From a virus, in the IMG/VR virus record IMGVR_UViG_3300031521_000027, positions 1-64,000 of that record: a stretch of DNA of 64,000 bases. One strand, given 5' to 3'. This document shows positions 55,206 through 62,829 of this stretch, piece after piece. The notes under the pieces are model-generated. The model searched no databases. It worked only from the letters and a program-made list of their open reading frames with translations, and was not told the origin of the DNA. The position numbers and the translations under genes are program-made. The number at the start of each line of letters is the position of its first letter. The stretch's first letter is position 1.

Positions 55206-55219
55206 GCGTATCAATAGGT
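55206..55219 (+). promoter_or_regulatory. Phage middle-promoter motif, leaderless
   Basis: GCGTATC AATAGGT followed directly by ATG 55220. Confidence 0.7.
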
Positions 55220-55348
55220 ATGAGCGATTACGACGACGGCGAGGGAGGCCTTGAGGCCATCTTCTCGATTCTCTACGGCATGGTGTACCTCTTCATCGTG
55301 CTCCCACTCGCATGGCTGGCCAAGAAGATGGGACTACTGGATGACTGA
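55220..55348 (+). CDS. Small 42-aa membrane protein (not in ORF track)
   Basis: MSDYDDGEGGLEAIFSILYGMVYLFIVLPLAWLAKKMGLLDD; single hydrophobic helix. Confidence 0.6.
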   Translation: MSDYDDGEGGLEAIFSILYGMVYLFIVLPLAWLAKKMGLLDD

Positions 55349-55781
55349 CGTGGAGCGGGTCAACTGGCACGCGGACCTGCTCAACGTGGTCGACGAGCCG
55401 ATGATCCTCTCCCTGATCCGCTACGACATGGACGCGGATCGTCAGCCTCACCCAGAGGGGGAGCTGGTCTCCTCCTACCTGCTGGGCACCCGCCAGCACG
55501 CGCCGATCATCGACCTCGACTTCCCCCACCACTACGTGCCGAGCACCAACGGTGGGCACGGTCACCTCTACATCGACACCCCCATGTCCCAGCCGAAGAT
55601 GATGCTCCTGCTGTGGGCCCTGCGGGTGACCGGTGTGATCGAGCAGGGCAACTTCTGGTGGTCACTGCGCCGGGGCGGGACCTTCGTCCGCCGACCCGAG
55701 GTGAAGAAGACCGAGGCTGAGAACACCCACTACACCTTCGGGATGTTCTTCAAGCTGAGGAACCATCGTGGAGAGAGCTGA
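55341..55781 (+). CDS. Hypothetical protein with AEP primase-like motifs
   Basis: PIIDLD and STNGGHGHLY resemble AEP motifs I and II. Confidence 0.55.
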   Translation: MTDVERVNWHADLLNVVDEPMILSLIRYDMDADRQPHPEGELVSSYLLGTRQHAPIIDLDFPHHYVPSTNGGHGHLYIDTPMSQPKMMLLLWALRVTGVIEQGNFWWSLRRGGTFVRRPEVKKTEAENTHYTFGMFFKLRNHRGES

Positions 55782-56331
55782 GCTGCTCCGGATCGCCAAC
55801 GAGAGAGTCTCGATCACCAAGGCCTGCAACATGATCGGGATGAACGTCAGCGACTACGCCGCCGCGTCGATGAAGGTCTACTGCCCCTTCGGCGAGATCT
55901 TCCATCAGGACGGTGGAATGTCGAAATCCATGCGGATCTACGCCGAGTCCAACAGCGCCTTCTGCTTCGCTGGGTGCGGCTACTACGACCCGGTCAAGCT
56001 CATCTCCACCAGTAGGGACATCTCCGAGGAAGATGCAGCGGAGGCCCTGCTGGAGGAGACTGGGTACGTAGCACCCAACTATCAGGATCAGTGGGACGCG
56101 CTGATGTCCGAGAAGCCAGTGGTCGACACGGCAGACTTGGCCGAAGCCCTCAAGGTTGCGTGCGCCAGAATGGTCCCGAACTGGGAGGAACGCCAGTTCG
56201 ATGAAGCGGTCTCGCACAAGCTCACCCAATGCCTCGCTCTCCTCCGCAAGGTCCACACCGATGATGACGCCACGAACTGGCTGAGCATCACCAAGAAGGT
56301 CATGAAGGCAACGATGGAGGCACGGGCATGA
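55768..56331 (+). CDS. DnaG-type CHC2 zinc-finger protein (no TOPRIM domain)
   Basis: CPF...H.D...SMRIY....AFCFAGC...D. Confidence 0.75.
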   Translation: MERAELLRIANERVSITKACNMIGMNVSDYAAASMKVYCPFGEIFHQDGGMSKSMRIYAESNSAFCFAGCGYYDPVKLISTSRDISEEDAAEALLEETGYVAPNYQDQWDALMSEKPVVDTADLAEALKVACARMVPNWEERQFDEAVSHKLTQCLALLRKVHTDDDATNWLSITKKVMKATMEARA

Positions 56332-56570
56332 GCACGGACGAGAAGCTGGGGAACCTCCCCCAGCTGGAGGGCTGGGTCAACCTCACCGAGGCCGCAGAGA
56401 TCTTGGGCATCTCCCGACAGCACGCGTACCGACGTGCACGTTTGGCCAATGAGGGCAAAATGGGTGGCTGGAAGACGGTGTGTCGCATTGGCACCAAACC
56501 GAGTTATGTGGTAGCTCTTTCCGAGCTTCAGGAGGAGCTGCTTGTGACACGCCCGGATCGCAGACGTTAG
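56328..56570 (+). CDS. Small HTH DNA-binding protein
   Basis: LTEAAEILGISRQHAYR. Confidence 0.75.
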   Translation: MSTDEKLGNLPQLEGWVNLTEAAEILGISRQHAYRRARLANEGKMGGWKTVCRIGTKPSYVVALSELQEELLVTRPDRRR

Positions 56571-56649
56571 TTGCATATGTCACCCCTCAGGGCTATGGTC
56601 AGACACAGCTTCACTCCCGTTGCCACTACGCCTCATGGTCGGATATACT
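56571..56649 (+). promoter_or_regulatory. Tandem host SigA-type promoters
   Basis: TTGCAT-17-TATGGT (56571-56599) and TTGCCA-18-TATACT (56620-56649) upstream of sigma gene 56740. Confidence 0.7.
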
Positions 56650-56739
56650 TCGTCTTGCAGCTGGAGGGTTCACGCCCTTCACCTCCTGCCTAAGTTGACC
56701 GCTTAGCGAGTGACGGGCTCCCATTAAGGAGTCCGTCAC

Positions 56740-57465
56740 TTGGCGTTTTACGAGAAACAAGCGGTCAACTTATCGGTCACCCCATGGAGGATTTCTGTGC
56801 CCAGTCTTACCGTTTCCCCCCGCACCATCACGCAGGCCGGAAGGCCCTCATCGTCGAGGTATCCGGACTTCGTCCCAGCCAACTACACCGAGCTGTTCGA
56901 CCACTACTACCCTTACGTCCGGGGCATCGTCTTCAAGTCCGGCATCGACTCCCAGAGCTGTGCGGACGTGACCATGTCCATCCTTGAGAAGTTCTTCGCC
57001 CACGACGTGCTGGCCGACTTCAACCCCGAGTTCACCTCCACCCATGGTGGGGTCACCCGCAAGGCCATGTTCCGGACCTTCCTGTCCGGCTTCGTCAAGA
57101 TCTACGTCCGGCACCACCGGGACCGCCAGATCATCACCAAGGCTCGCGAGGCCATCTCGCTCGACGCACCAGCCGGTGACGACAACACGTGGATGGACTA
57201 CTACGGGGAGACCCACGTCGACACCTACGATCAGCTGATGATCGAGGATGCCGTCCTCACCGTGCAGGACCACCTTGCCACCCTCTCCGACCCCCGGGGC
57301 CGCTGCGAGATGCTGGACCTGTTCAACATGACCTTGGAGCACTCGGTCACCTACGGCAGCCCCAACGTTGAAATCCTGTCCCAGTACTTCGAGGTCTCCG
57401 AGACCACGATCCGGAACCGGCTGAAGGCCCTGCGCGCCGAGATCCATGAGGTCTTCGAGTCATGA
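56740..57465 (+). CDS. RNA polymerase sigma factor, ECF-like (alternative start GTG 56797)
   Basis: Region 2-like YTELFDHYYPYV...ADV...FRTFL...VRHHR; region 4 HTH LSQYFEVSETTIRNRL. Confidence 0.7.
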   Translation: MAFYEKQAVNLSVTPWRISVPSLTVSPRTITQAGRPSSSRYPDFVPANYTELFDHYYPYVRGIVFKSGIDSQSCADVTMSILEKFFAHDVLADFNPEFTSTHGGVTRKAMFRTFLSGFVKIYVRHHRDRQIITKAREAISLDAPAGDDNTWMDYYGETHVDTYDQLMIEDAVLTVQDHLATLSDPRGRCEMLDLFNMTLEHSVTYGSPNVEILSQYFEVSETTIRNRLKALRAEIHEVFES

Positions 57466-58238
57466 TCAAGATGCCCGTCACGGTGCTGGGCATGTTCGAT
57501 GACCTGCCGCCGATCTCGCTCTTCGTCGGGCCTGCGTCGGTCGGCAAGTGGACCATCGCTGAAGCCCTCGGTCGCCACTTCTACAACTCCTTCGGCGTCA
57601 TCCGGGTCCGGGCCCTCACCATGGACGCCGCCCGGGACCTCACCGTGCTGTCCAACTTCTCCTCCCCCCGGCTGGTCATCGCCCGGCTCACCCGGTCCAC
57701 GGAGGCAGCCCAGAACGTGCTGCTGAAGACGCTGGAGGAGTGCTCGACCACGGCCACCAAGTTCATCCTGATCGACACTGAGCTGCCCCCTGAGACGATC
57801 ACCTCGCGGTGCACCGTCTACCGCTTCCCGCTGCTCACCGACGCGGCTGTGGAGGAGATCCTGCTGAACCGGAACTTCAGCGCGGTCGAGGCCAAGAGGC
57901 TGGCACTGGCTGCCGGGGGGCAGATGCGCAACGCCCTCAATCGAGGCGATACGGTCGACACCAAGCAGGTCGTGCTGTCGGCCCTGCGTGCGATCACCGA
58001 GAGGGACCCCGACACTCTGGACGACCTCGCCGTGAAGTGGAGCGACGAGCACTCCGAACTCATGGTGACGCTATGCACCGAGGCCATCTCCGGGCGCTAC
58101 CGGATCTTCAACTCTGAGGAGATCGAGGGCATCGGCAGGAAGCTGCCCCTGCGGATCCTGATCGCGCTAGGCCCCGGGATACGTCCGAGGCTGGTCGTAC
58201 GCTCCAGCTTGATGGGCGTGCTGAGGAGCGAGTGGTGA
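57462..58238 (+). CDS. holB: Clamp loader delta-prime-like subunit
   Basis: LFVGPASVGK.T.A, AAQNVLLKTLEE, TITSRC. Confidence 0.8.
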   Translation: MIKMPVTVLGMFDDLPPISLFVGPASVGKWTIAEALGRHFYNSFGVIRVRALTMDAARDLTVLSNFSSPRLVIARLTRSTEAAQNVLLKTLEECSTTATKFILIDTELPPETITSRCTVYRFPLLTDAAVEEILLNRNFSAVEAKRLALAAGGQMRNALNRGDTVDTKQVVLSALRAITERDPDTLDDLAVKWSDEHSELMVTLCTEAISGRYRIFNSEEIEGIGRKLPLRILIALGPGIRPRLVVRSSLMGVLRSEW

Positions 58239-58522
58239 GCGAAGAGCTGTGCGAGAAGACCGACATGCCGAAGTATTCGTGCGCCCACTGTCAGGGCATC
58301 AAGGAGGAACCCGTGGCTGTTTTCGGAAACGCTGATGTGCAGGAGTTCGAGCTGATCGGACGCCGCTTTCAGGCTGTCTACGGCGGGGTGTGCACGATCA
58401 ACTTCGACCACATCGTCAAGCGGCAGGACTGGGTCTCCAAGGTCCAGTTCTCCGACAACCCGATGCTGCCGGTGAGCGGTGTGGCCTGCGCCCAGTGCGT
58501 CCGGGTCCTGCCGCACGCCTGA
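58235..58522 (+). CDS. Small Cys-rich zinc-binding protein
   Basis: C...CAHC, C....H, CAQC. Confidence 0.6.
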   Translation: MSEELCEKTDMPKYSCAHCQGIKEEPVAVFGNADVQEFELIGRRFQAVYGGVCTINFDHIVKRQDWVSKVQFSDNPMLPVSGVACAQCVRVLPHA

Positions 58523-58989
58523 TGAGACCTACACAGGAAATCCGGCGCTTCTTCGCCAAGACCCTTGATGAAGACCGGGGGTACATCACTCCCTGCGTGA
58601 TCTGGACCGGCAGGAAGGTGAATGGGTACGGGGTGTTCGATCTCCAGCGCGATGACAACTCCGGCCCGCGTGCTGTGAAGGCCCACCGGTACTCCTACGG
58701 ACTGCTTCACGGAGAGCAGCACATCCGCAGCGCCGTGGTGGGTCGCGAGGACGAGATTGACCACCTCTGCTTGCAGCGGGACTGCGTCAGGGAAGGTCAT
58801 CTTGAACTCGTGACCCTGAAGGTCAACCGCCAGCGGATGCACGACGTCCACCGGACAGAGATGTGCAAGAGAGGTCTCCACCTTCGCGCTGAGTTCGAGC
58901 GGATCAAGTCGACCGGCGCTCCGTACTGCTTGGGGTGTCAGAGGATCAACGATGCTAAGCGTCGTCCTCGTAAGAAGAGGGAGGTCTGA
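58522..58989 (+). CDS. HNH endonuclease
   Basis: CVIWTG...NGYG.F, KAHR.SY, IDHLC..R.CV...HLE.VT...N. Confidence 0.85.
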   Translation: MRPTQEIRRFFAKTLDEDRGYITPCVIWTGRKVNGYGVFDLQRDDNSGPRAVKAHRYSYGLLHGEQHIRSAVVGREDEIDHLCLQRDCVREGHLELVTLKVNRQRMHDVHRTEMCKRGLHLRAEFERIKSTGAPYCLGCQRINDAKRRPRKKREV

Positions 58990-59986
58990 CATCGCCACCT
59001 TCAGTGGCTGGCTGACCGGGACCAAGAAGACCCCTGAGCCCCGGCAGATCACGTGGGTGTGCGGGCCGGAGGTCGTGCTTGTGGAGGAGGTCGTCCGGAG
59101 CGTCTCGGAGTTCCTCGCCCCCGAGCCGTGGAACCGGGTCAGCCTCGTGGCCGGAGATGATTCTGAGCGGGACATCTGGGCCGCGCTGGACCAGCACCCG
59201 ATGGACACCTCACCCCGGCTGGTGATCGTCCGGCACGTCGAGAAGATCCATGAGTGGGACCGCTTCGTGCAGTGGGTCAAGGACCGCTCGCGCAACCCCC
59301 GGACCTACGTGGTCATGGTCTCCTCCGAGGCGGCTGTTCCGAAGACCGAGCCCACCCCGGAGGAGCGCAGACACGGTACCCGCCCGGAGCCCCTCCCGCA
59401 CATAGCCTGTATCGGATCCAAGGGCCACGTGGTGGAGTGCAAGCCGTTCACCTCGGCCACCGCGCTGCGCTCCGTGGAGTGGGTCCAGTCGAAGGCCCCC
59501 ATGCGGGACGGCATCGCCCGGCACCTGCTCACCCGCTCGAACTGGAACCTGCGGCTGGTCCGCGACATCTGCCTGAAGCTCGCCGTGTTCCCCGGTGAGA
59601 TCACCATCTCAGTGGTCAACACCCTGCTGGCCGAGCAGCCCCGGGACAGCTTCACCGACGCCCTGCTGGCGCTGGACCGCAAGACCGCACTGCTCGCCGC
59701 CGAGTCGATCCCTCGCGAGGAGGTCGGGCGCATCATCGGCCTGCTGGACGCGAAGCTCGACAAGGCTGGGATGATCCATGACATGCAGGTGGACCACAAG
59801 TCACCCGGCGACATGGCCAAGGCTCTGGGTCCGCAGGCGTTCCTGCTCACCGAGCTGATGAACGTCTCCAAGCACTACAACGCCAAGCGCAGGCTCGCGA
59901 TCCGCAGGACGCTGGCCGTGGTCGACGAGGCCTACCGCTCCGGGCAGACAACGGGTCTGCTCGAAGTTGTCGTGGCGTTCTGGTGA
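58952..59986 (+). CDS. holA: Clamp loader delta-like subunit (start uncertain)
   Basis: W.CG.E.VL.EE, P.....RLVIVR, W.........I...A..L....NL......KL pattern of HolA; size about 340 aa. Confidence 0.65.
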   Translation: MLSVVLVRRGRSDIATFSGWLTGTKKTPEPRQITWVCGPEVVLVEEVVRSVSEFLAPEPWNRVSLVAGDDSERDIWAALDQHPMDTSPRLVIVRHVEKIHEWDRFVQWVKDRSRNPRTYVVMVSSEAAVPKTEPTPEERRHGTRPEPLPHIACIGSKGHVVECKPFTSATALRSVEWVQSKAPMRDGIARHLLTRSNWNLRLVRDICLKLAVFPGEITISVVNTLLAEQPRDSFTDALLALDRKTALLAAESIPREEVGRIIGLLDAKLDKAGMIHDMQVDHKSPGDMAKALGPQAFLLTELMNVSKHYNAKRRLAIRRTLAVVDEAYRSGQTTGLLEVVVAFW

Positions 59987-59987
59987 G

Positions 59988-60001
59988 GCGTACCAGTAAG
60001 T
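59988..60001 (+). promoter_or_regulatory. Phage middle-promoter motif (GCGTACC AGTAAGT)
   Basis: Intergenic, upstream of the polymerase operon; identical to the 53267 copy. Confidence 0.75.
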
Positions 60002-60031
60002 GGAGCACCCCGCAGATCAAGGAGAACTGAC

Positions 60032-60223
60032 ATGGACTGGGCAACGTACTGGATCCTGCTGGCGCAGGCAGGCATCGCTCTCGTAGCGCTGGCCGTGCCG
60101 CTGTCGTTCGCCATCGCGGTGGCAGGAGCAGGTGTCAAGGCAGCCATGAAGAGTGCGGGCTCAGCTGAGGTCCCGCAGGCTCCCCTGACCCAGAACACCT
60201 ACACCTTCCCGCCGACCAAGTGA
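60032..60223 (+). CDS. Small membrane protein
   Basis: AAGGAG RBS, hydrophobic helix. Confidence 0.6.
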   Translation: MDWATYWILLAQAGIALVALAVPLSFAIAVAGAGVKAAMKSAGSAEVPQAPLTQNTYTFPPTK

Positions 60224-62829
60224 CCACTCGCAACTACGGAGCCCTCCGGGAGGCCTACGGGTCCAAGGGTGCGGTCTCCTTCATCGACCGGATCACAGCC
60301 AGCGGTAAGCCCTTCGACTTCGACATCGAGGCGGGCTACACCGGGGACGACAAGAAGGGTGTCTCCCTCCAGCAGTACCACCCCGACTACCTCGTGGTCG
60401 GCATCTCCTTCACGGTCTCCACCGAGTGGGCCCGCTACATCCCCTTCGCCCACGACAGCGGCGGCAACATCGACGACATCGTCCCGGTGGCCCGCGCCTT
60501 GTGGCGGCTGCTCAGCTCCGGGCAGGGGATCGCCCACAACGCAGCCTACGAACTCAAGGGCATGTCCCGGTGGTTTCGTGAAACGTTGTGGAACGACGAC
60601 GAGCTGGGCGAAGAGATCCGACGCACCAAGGGCATGTTCCCGATCCTCGCTGACACGATGCTGCTGGTCTGGCTCGCCGCCTGCTACGACCCGCTCCGCG
60701 TCGGCAAGGACCTGAAGTCGGTGGCCAAGGCCGCGTTCGGCATGGAGATGACCCACTTCGACGACCTCTTCCCCACCACTGACACCGACCTCGGCCCGGC
60801 CATGAAGCGGGGTGGCAAGCCGTACATCCGGTTCAACACCCGCAACTCCTACAGCCCCGTGATCGTGGGCTACGCCTGTGAGGACTCCGTCGCCTCCTTC
60901 ATGGTCTGGGAGAAGCACTACGAGGCCCTCAAGGACACGTTCATCTTCAAGACCGAGATGGCCCTGCTCCCGGGACTGGTGGAGATGGAGGCCGGGGTCA
61001 TCGATCCGGAGACCGGGGTCGCCTCCGGCAACATGTTCTTCCACTGGCCCAACGTCCGCAAGAAGTCCGAGGAGGCCCTGCGCTTCGCCACCCTCATGGG
61101 TGAGGAGATTCAGGACCAGCTGGGCAAGCGGCTGAACAAGACCATCAACATCAACCTGAACTCGGTCCCGCAGCTGGCCAAGGTCCTGTTCGACGAGAAG
61201 CCCGACGGCCTCGGCCTGCCAGTGAAGGTGCGCTCGGAGAAGACCGGGGCACCCAGCACCAGCGACGACGCCCTGAAGGTGATTGCCAAGTCCGACCCGA
61301 TCATCAAGATGATCCTTGAGTACCGGCAGGTGGTGAAGCTCAACGGGTCCTACCTGACCAAGTTCATCAACGAGCTGGGCTACTCCGGCACCGGCTACGT
61401 CTTCCCCAACCACAACCAGTTCGGTGCCCTCACCGGGCGGCTCTCGGTGGATCAGGTCAGCTACCAGCAGTGGCCCAAGCCGTACCACTTCCAGCTGCTG
61501 TCCGGGCTCACCTTCGACCTCAACTTCCGGGACCTGTTCATCTCCCCGGACCACTTCCGGATCGTCGGCTTCGACTACGCCAACGTGGAGATGCGGATCG
61601 CCGGGGCCCTGTCCGGTGAGCGCAAGATCATCGACGCCTTCAACAACGGGCTCGACCTCCACAAGTCCACCGCCTCGGCCACCTTCAAGGTCAGCCTCGA
61701 AGATGTCACCAAGAAGCAGCGGCAGTCGGCCAAGACCCTGAACTTCGCCACCCTCTTCGGGTCCGGTGCAGGGAACATCGCCGAGATGCTGACCAGCCCC
61801 TCCGACCCGGTGACCAAGGAGGACGCCGAGCAGATGCTGGAGGACTACTTCGCTGGGTACCCAGCGCTGGCCGATTGGATCGCCAGCCAGAAGGCGCACG
61901 GTCGTGAGTCCAAGGAGGTCCGCACCCACTTCGGTCGGCTCTACACCATCTGGGAGCACTACCAGCCCAAGGAGTGGATCAAGGCCAAGGGTGACCGGAT
62001 GTCGGTCAACGCACCGATTCAGGGCACCGCCGCCGACATCCTCAAGATCGCCATGGTCCGTGCCAAGAAGGCCATCAAGGAGGCCGGGCTGGAGGACCTC
62101 GTCCGGATGACCCTGACCGTCCACGACGCGCTGGAGTTCCTCGTCCACGAGTCCGTCTCCACCCAGCAGGTCATCGACCTGATCGAGCCCTGCGTCAACT
62201 TCCCGGTGCCCGGCTTCCCGCTGGAGATCCGGGCGGACTGGCACGAGGGCTACCAGTGGGGTGCCCAGACCGAGGTCCGGCTCGACGAGAACAAGCAGAT
62301 CAAGAGCTTCGACATCGAGGTGGAGCTGCCGTGGCTGAAGGAGTCCCACTACTGGGAGGGCTCCACGCTGCACGAGGTGCTGGACCAGTACTACGCGTGG
62401 GAGGCAGGCTTCTTCGGCTTCTCCGCCCCGTACTACGCCACCCGCAACCCAGACTTCTCCCTGCCCGAACCCGCAGATGCCTCCCAGCAGCCCGACGTTG
62501 CCGCTGTGGAGCCTGAGGAGGAGGACCCGGGGTGGTTCCACAGCGCGGAGCACAACGCCGCACTGCTGCCCCCCAAGACCGCCACGGTGACCATCTCCGA
62601 GATGCCCGACGAGGAGCAGTGGCTGAAGTTCACCACCTACCTCGACTTCCGGCAGGGTGTGGACACGGTCAAGGTCGAGACCCCGGAGGGTGTCGTCACG
62701 CTCGACGGCACGTTCCGGATCTCCCCGGACGATCAGCCAGCCATCAGCCTCATCCTCGGAGGGGCCGGTCTGGTGATCGCTGACGACGTGGCCGACGCCG
62801 ACGACGTGATGGCAGGGATGCTGGTATGA
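60220..62829 (+). CDS. polA: Family A DNA polymerase with 3'-5' exonuclease and extra C-terminal domain
   Basis: Exo FDIE, HNAAYE, YACED; TGRLS; motif A DYANVEMR; motif B RQSAKTLNFATLFG; NAPIQGTAAD; motif C VHDAL. Confidence 0.92.
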   Translation: MTTRNYGALREAYGSKGAVSFIDRITASGKPFDFDIEAGYTGDDKKGVSLQQYHPDYLVVGISFTVSTEWARYIPFAHDSGGNIDDIVPVARALWRLLSSGQGIAHNAAYELKGMSRWFRETLWNDDELGEEIRRTKGMFPILADTMLLVWLAACYDPLRVGKDLKSVAKAAFGMEMTHFDDLFPTTDTDLGPAMKRGGKPYIRFNTRNSYSPVIVGYACEDSVASFMVWEKHYEALKDTFIFKTEMALLPGLVEMEAGVIDPETGVASGNMFFHWPNVRKKSEEALRFATLMGEEIQDQLGKRLNKTININLNSVPQLAKVLFDEKPDGLGLPVKVRSEKTGAPSTSDDALKVIAKSDPIIKMILEYRQVVKLNGSYLTKFINELGYSGTGYVFPNHNQFGALTGRLSVDQVSYQQWPKPYHFQLLSGLTFDLNFRDLFISPDHFRIVGFDYANVEMRIAGALSGERKIIDAFNNGLDLHKSTASATFKVSLEDVTKKQRQSAKTLNFATLFGSGAGNIAEMLTSPSDPVTKEDAEQMLEDYFAGYPALADWIASQKAHGRESKEVRTHFGRLYTIWEHYQPKEWIKAKGDRMSVNAPIQGTAADILKIAMVRAKKAIKEAGLEDLVRMTLTVHDALEFLVHESVSTQQVIDLIEPCVNFPVPGFPLEIRADWHEGYQWGAQTEVRLDENKQIKSFDIEVELPWLKESHYWEGSTLHEVLDQYYAWEAGFFGFSAPYYATRNPDFSLPEPADASQQPDVAAVEPEEEDPGWFHSAEHNAALLPPKTATVTISEMPDEEQWLKFTTYLDFRQGVDTVKVETPEGVVTLDGTFRISPDDQPAISLILGGAGLVIADDVADADDVMAGMLV

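Noticed and set aside
1103-59167. Frequent TTCTGAG/CTGAG words
   Set aside because: They look somewhat enriched but may arise from Ser/Ala/Pro-Glu codon pairs and restriction-site avoidance; this cannot be resolved without counting.
12398-62553. Long minus-strand ORFs (e.g. 12398-14050, 17614-20139, 20326-23934, 60199-62553)
   Set aside because: They are antisense shadows of GC-rich plus-strand genes, with no recognisable motifs or RBS.
12374-62829. Inteins or introns in terL, helicases or polymerase
   Set aside because: Motif spacing and lengths are ordinary, and no intein splice-junction motifs were seen.
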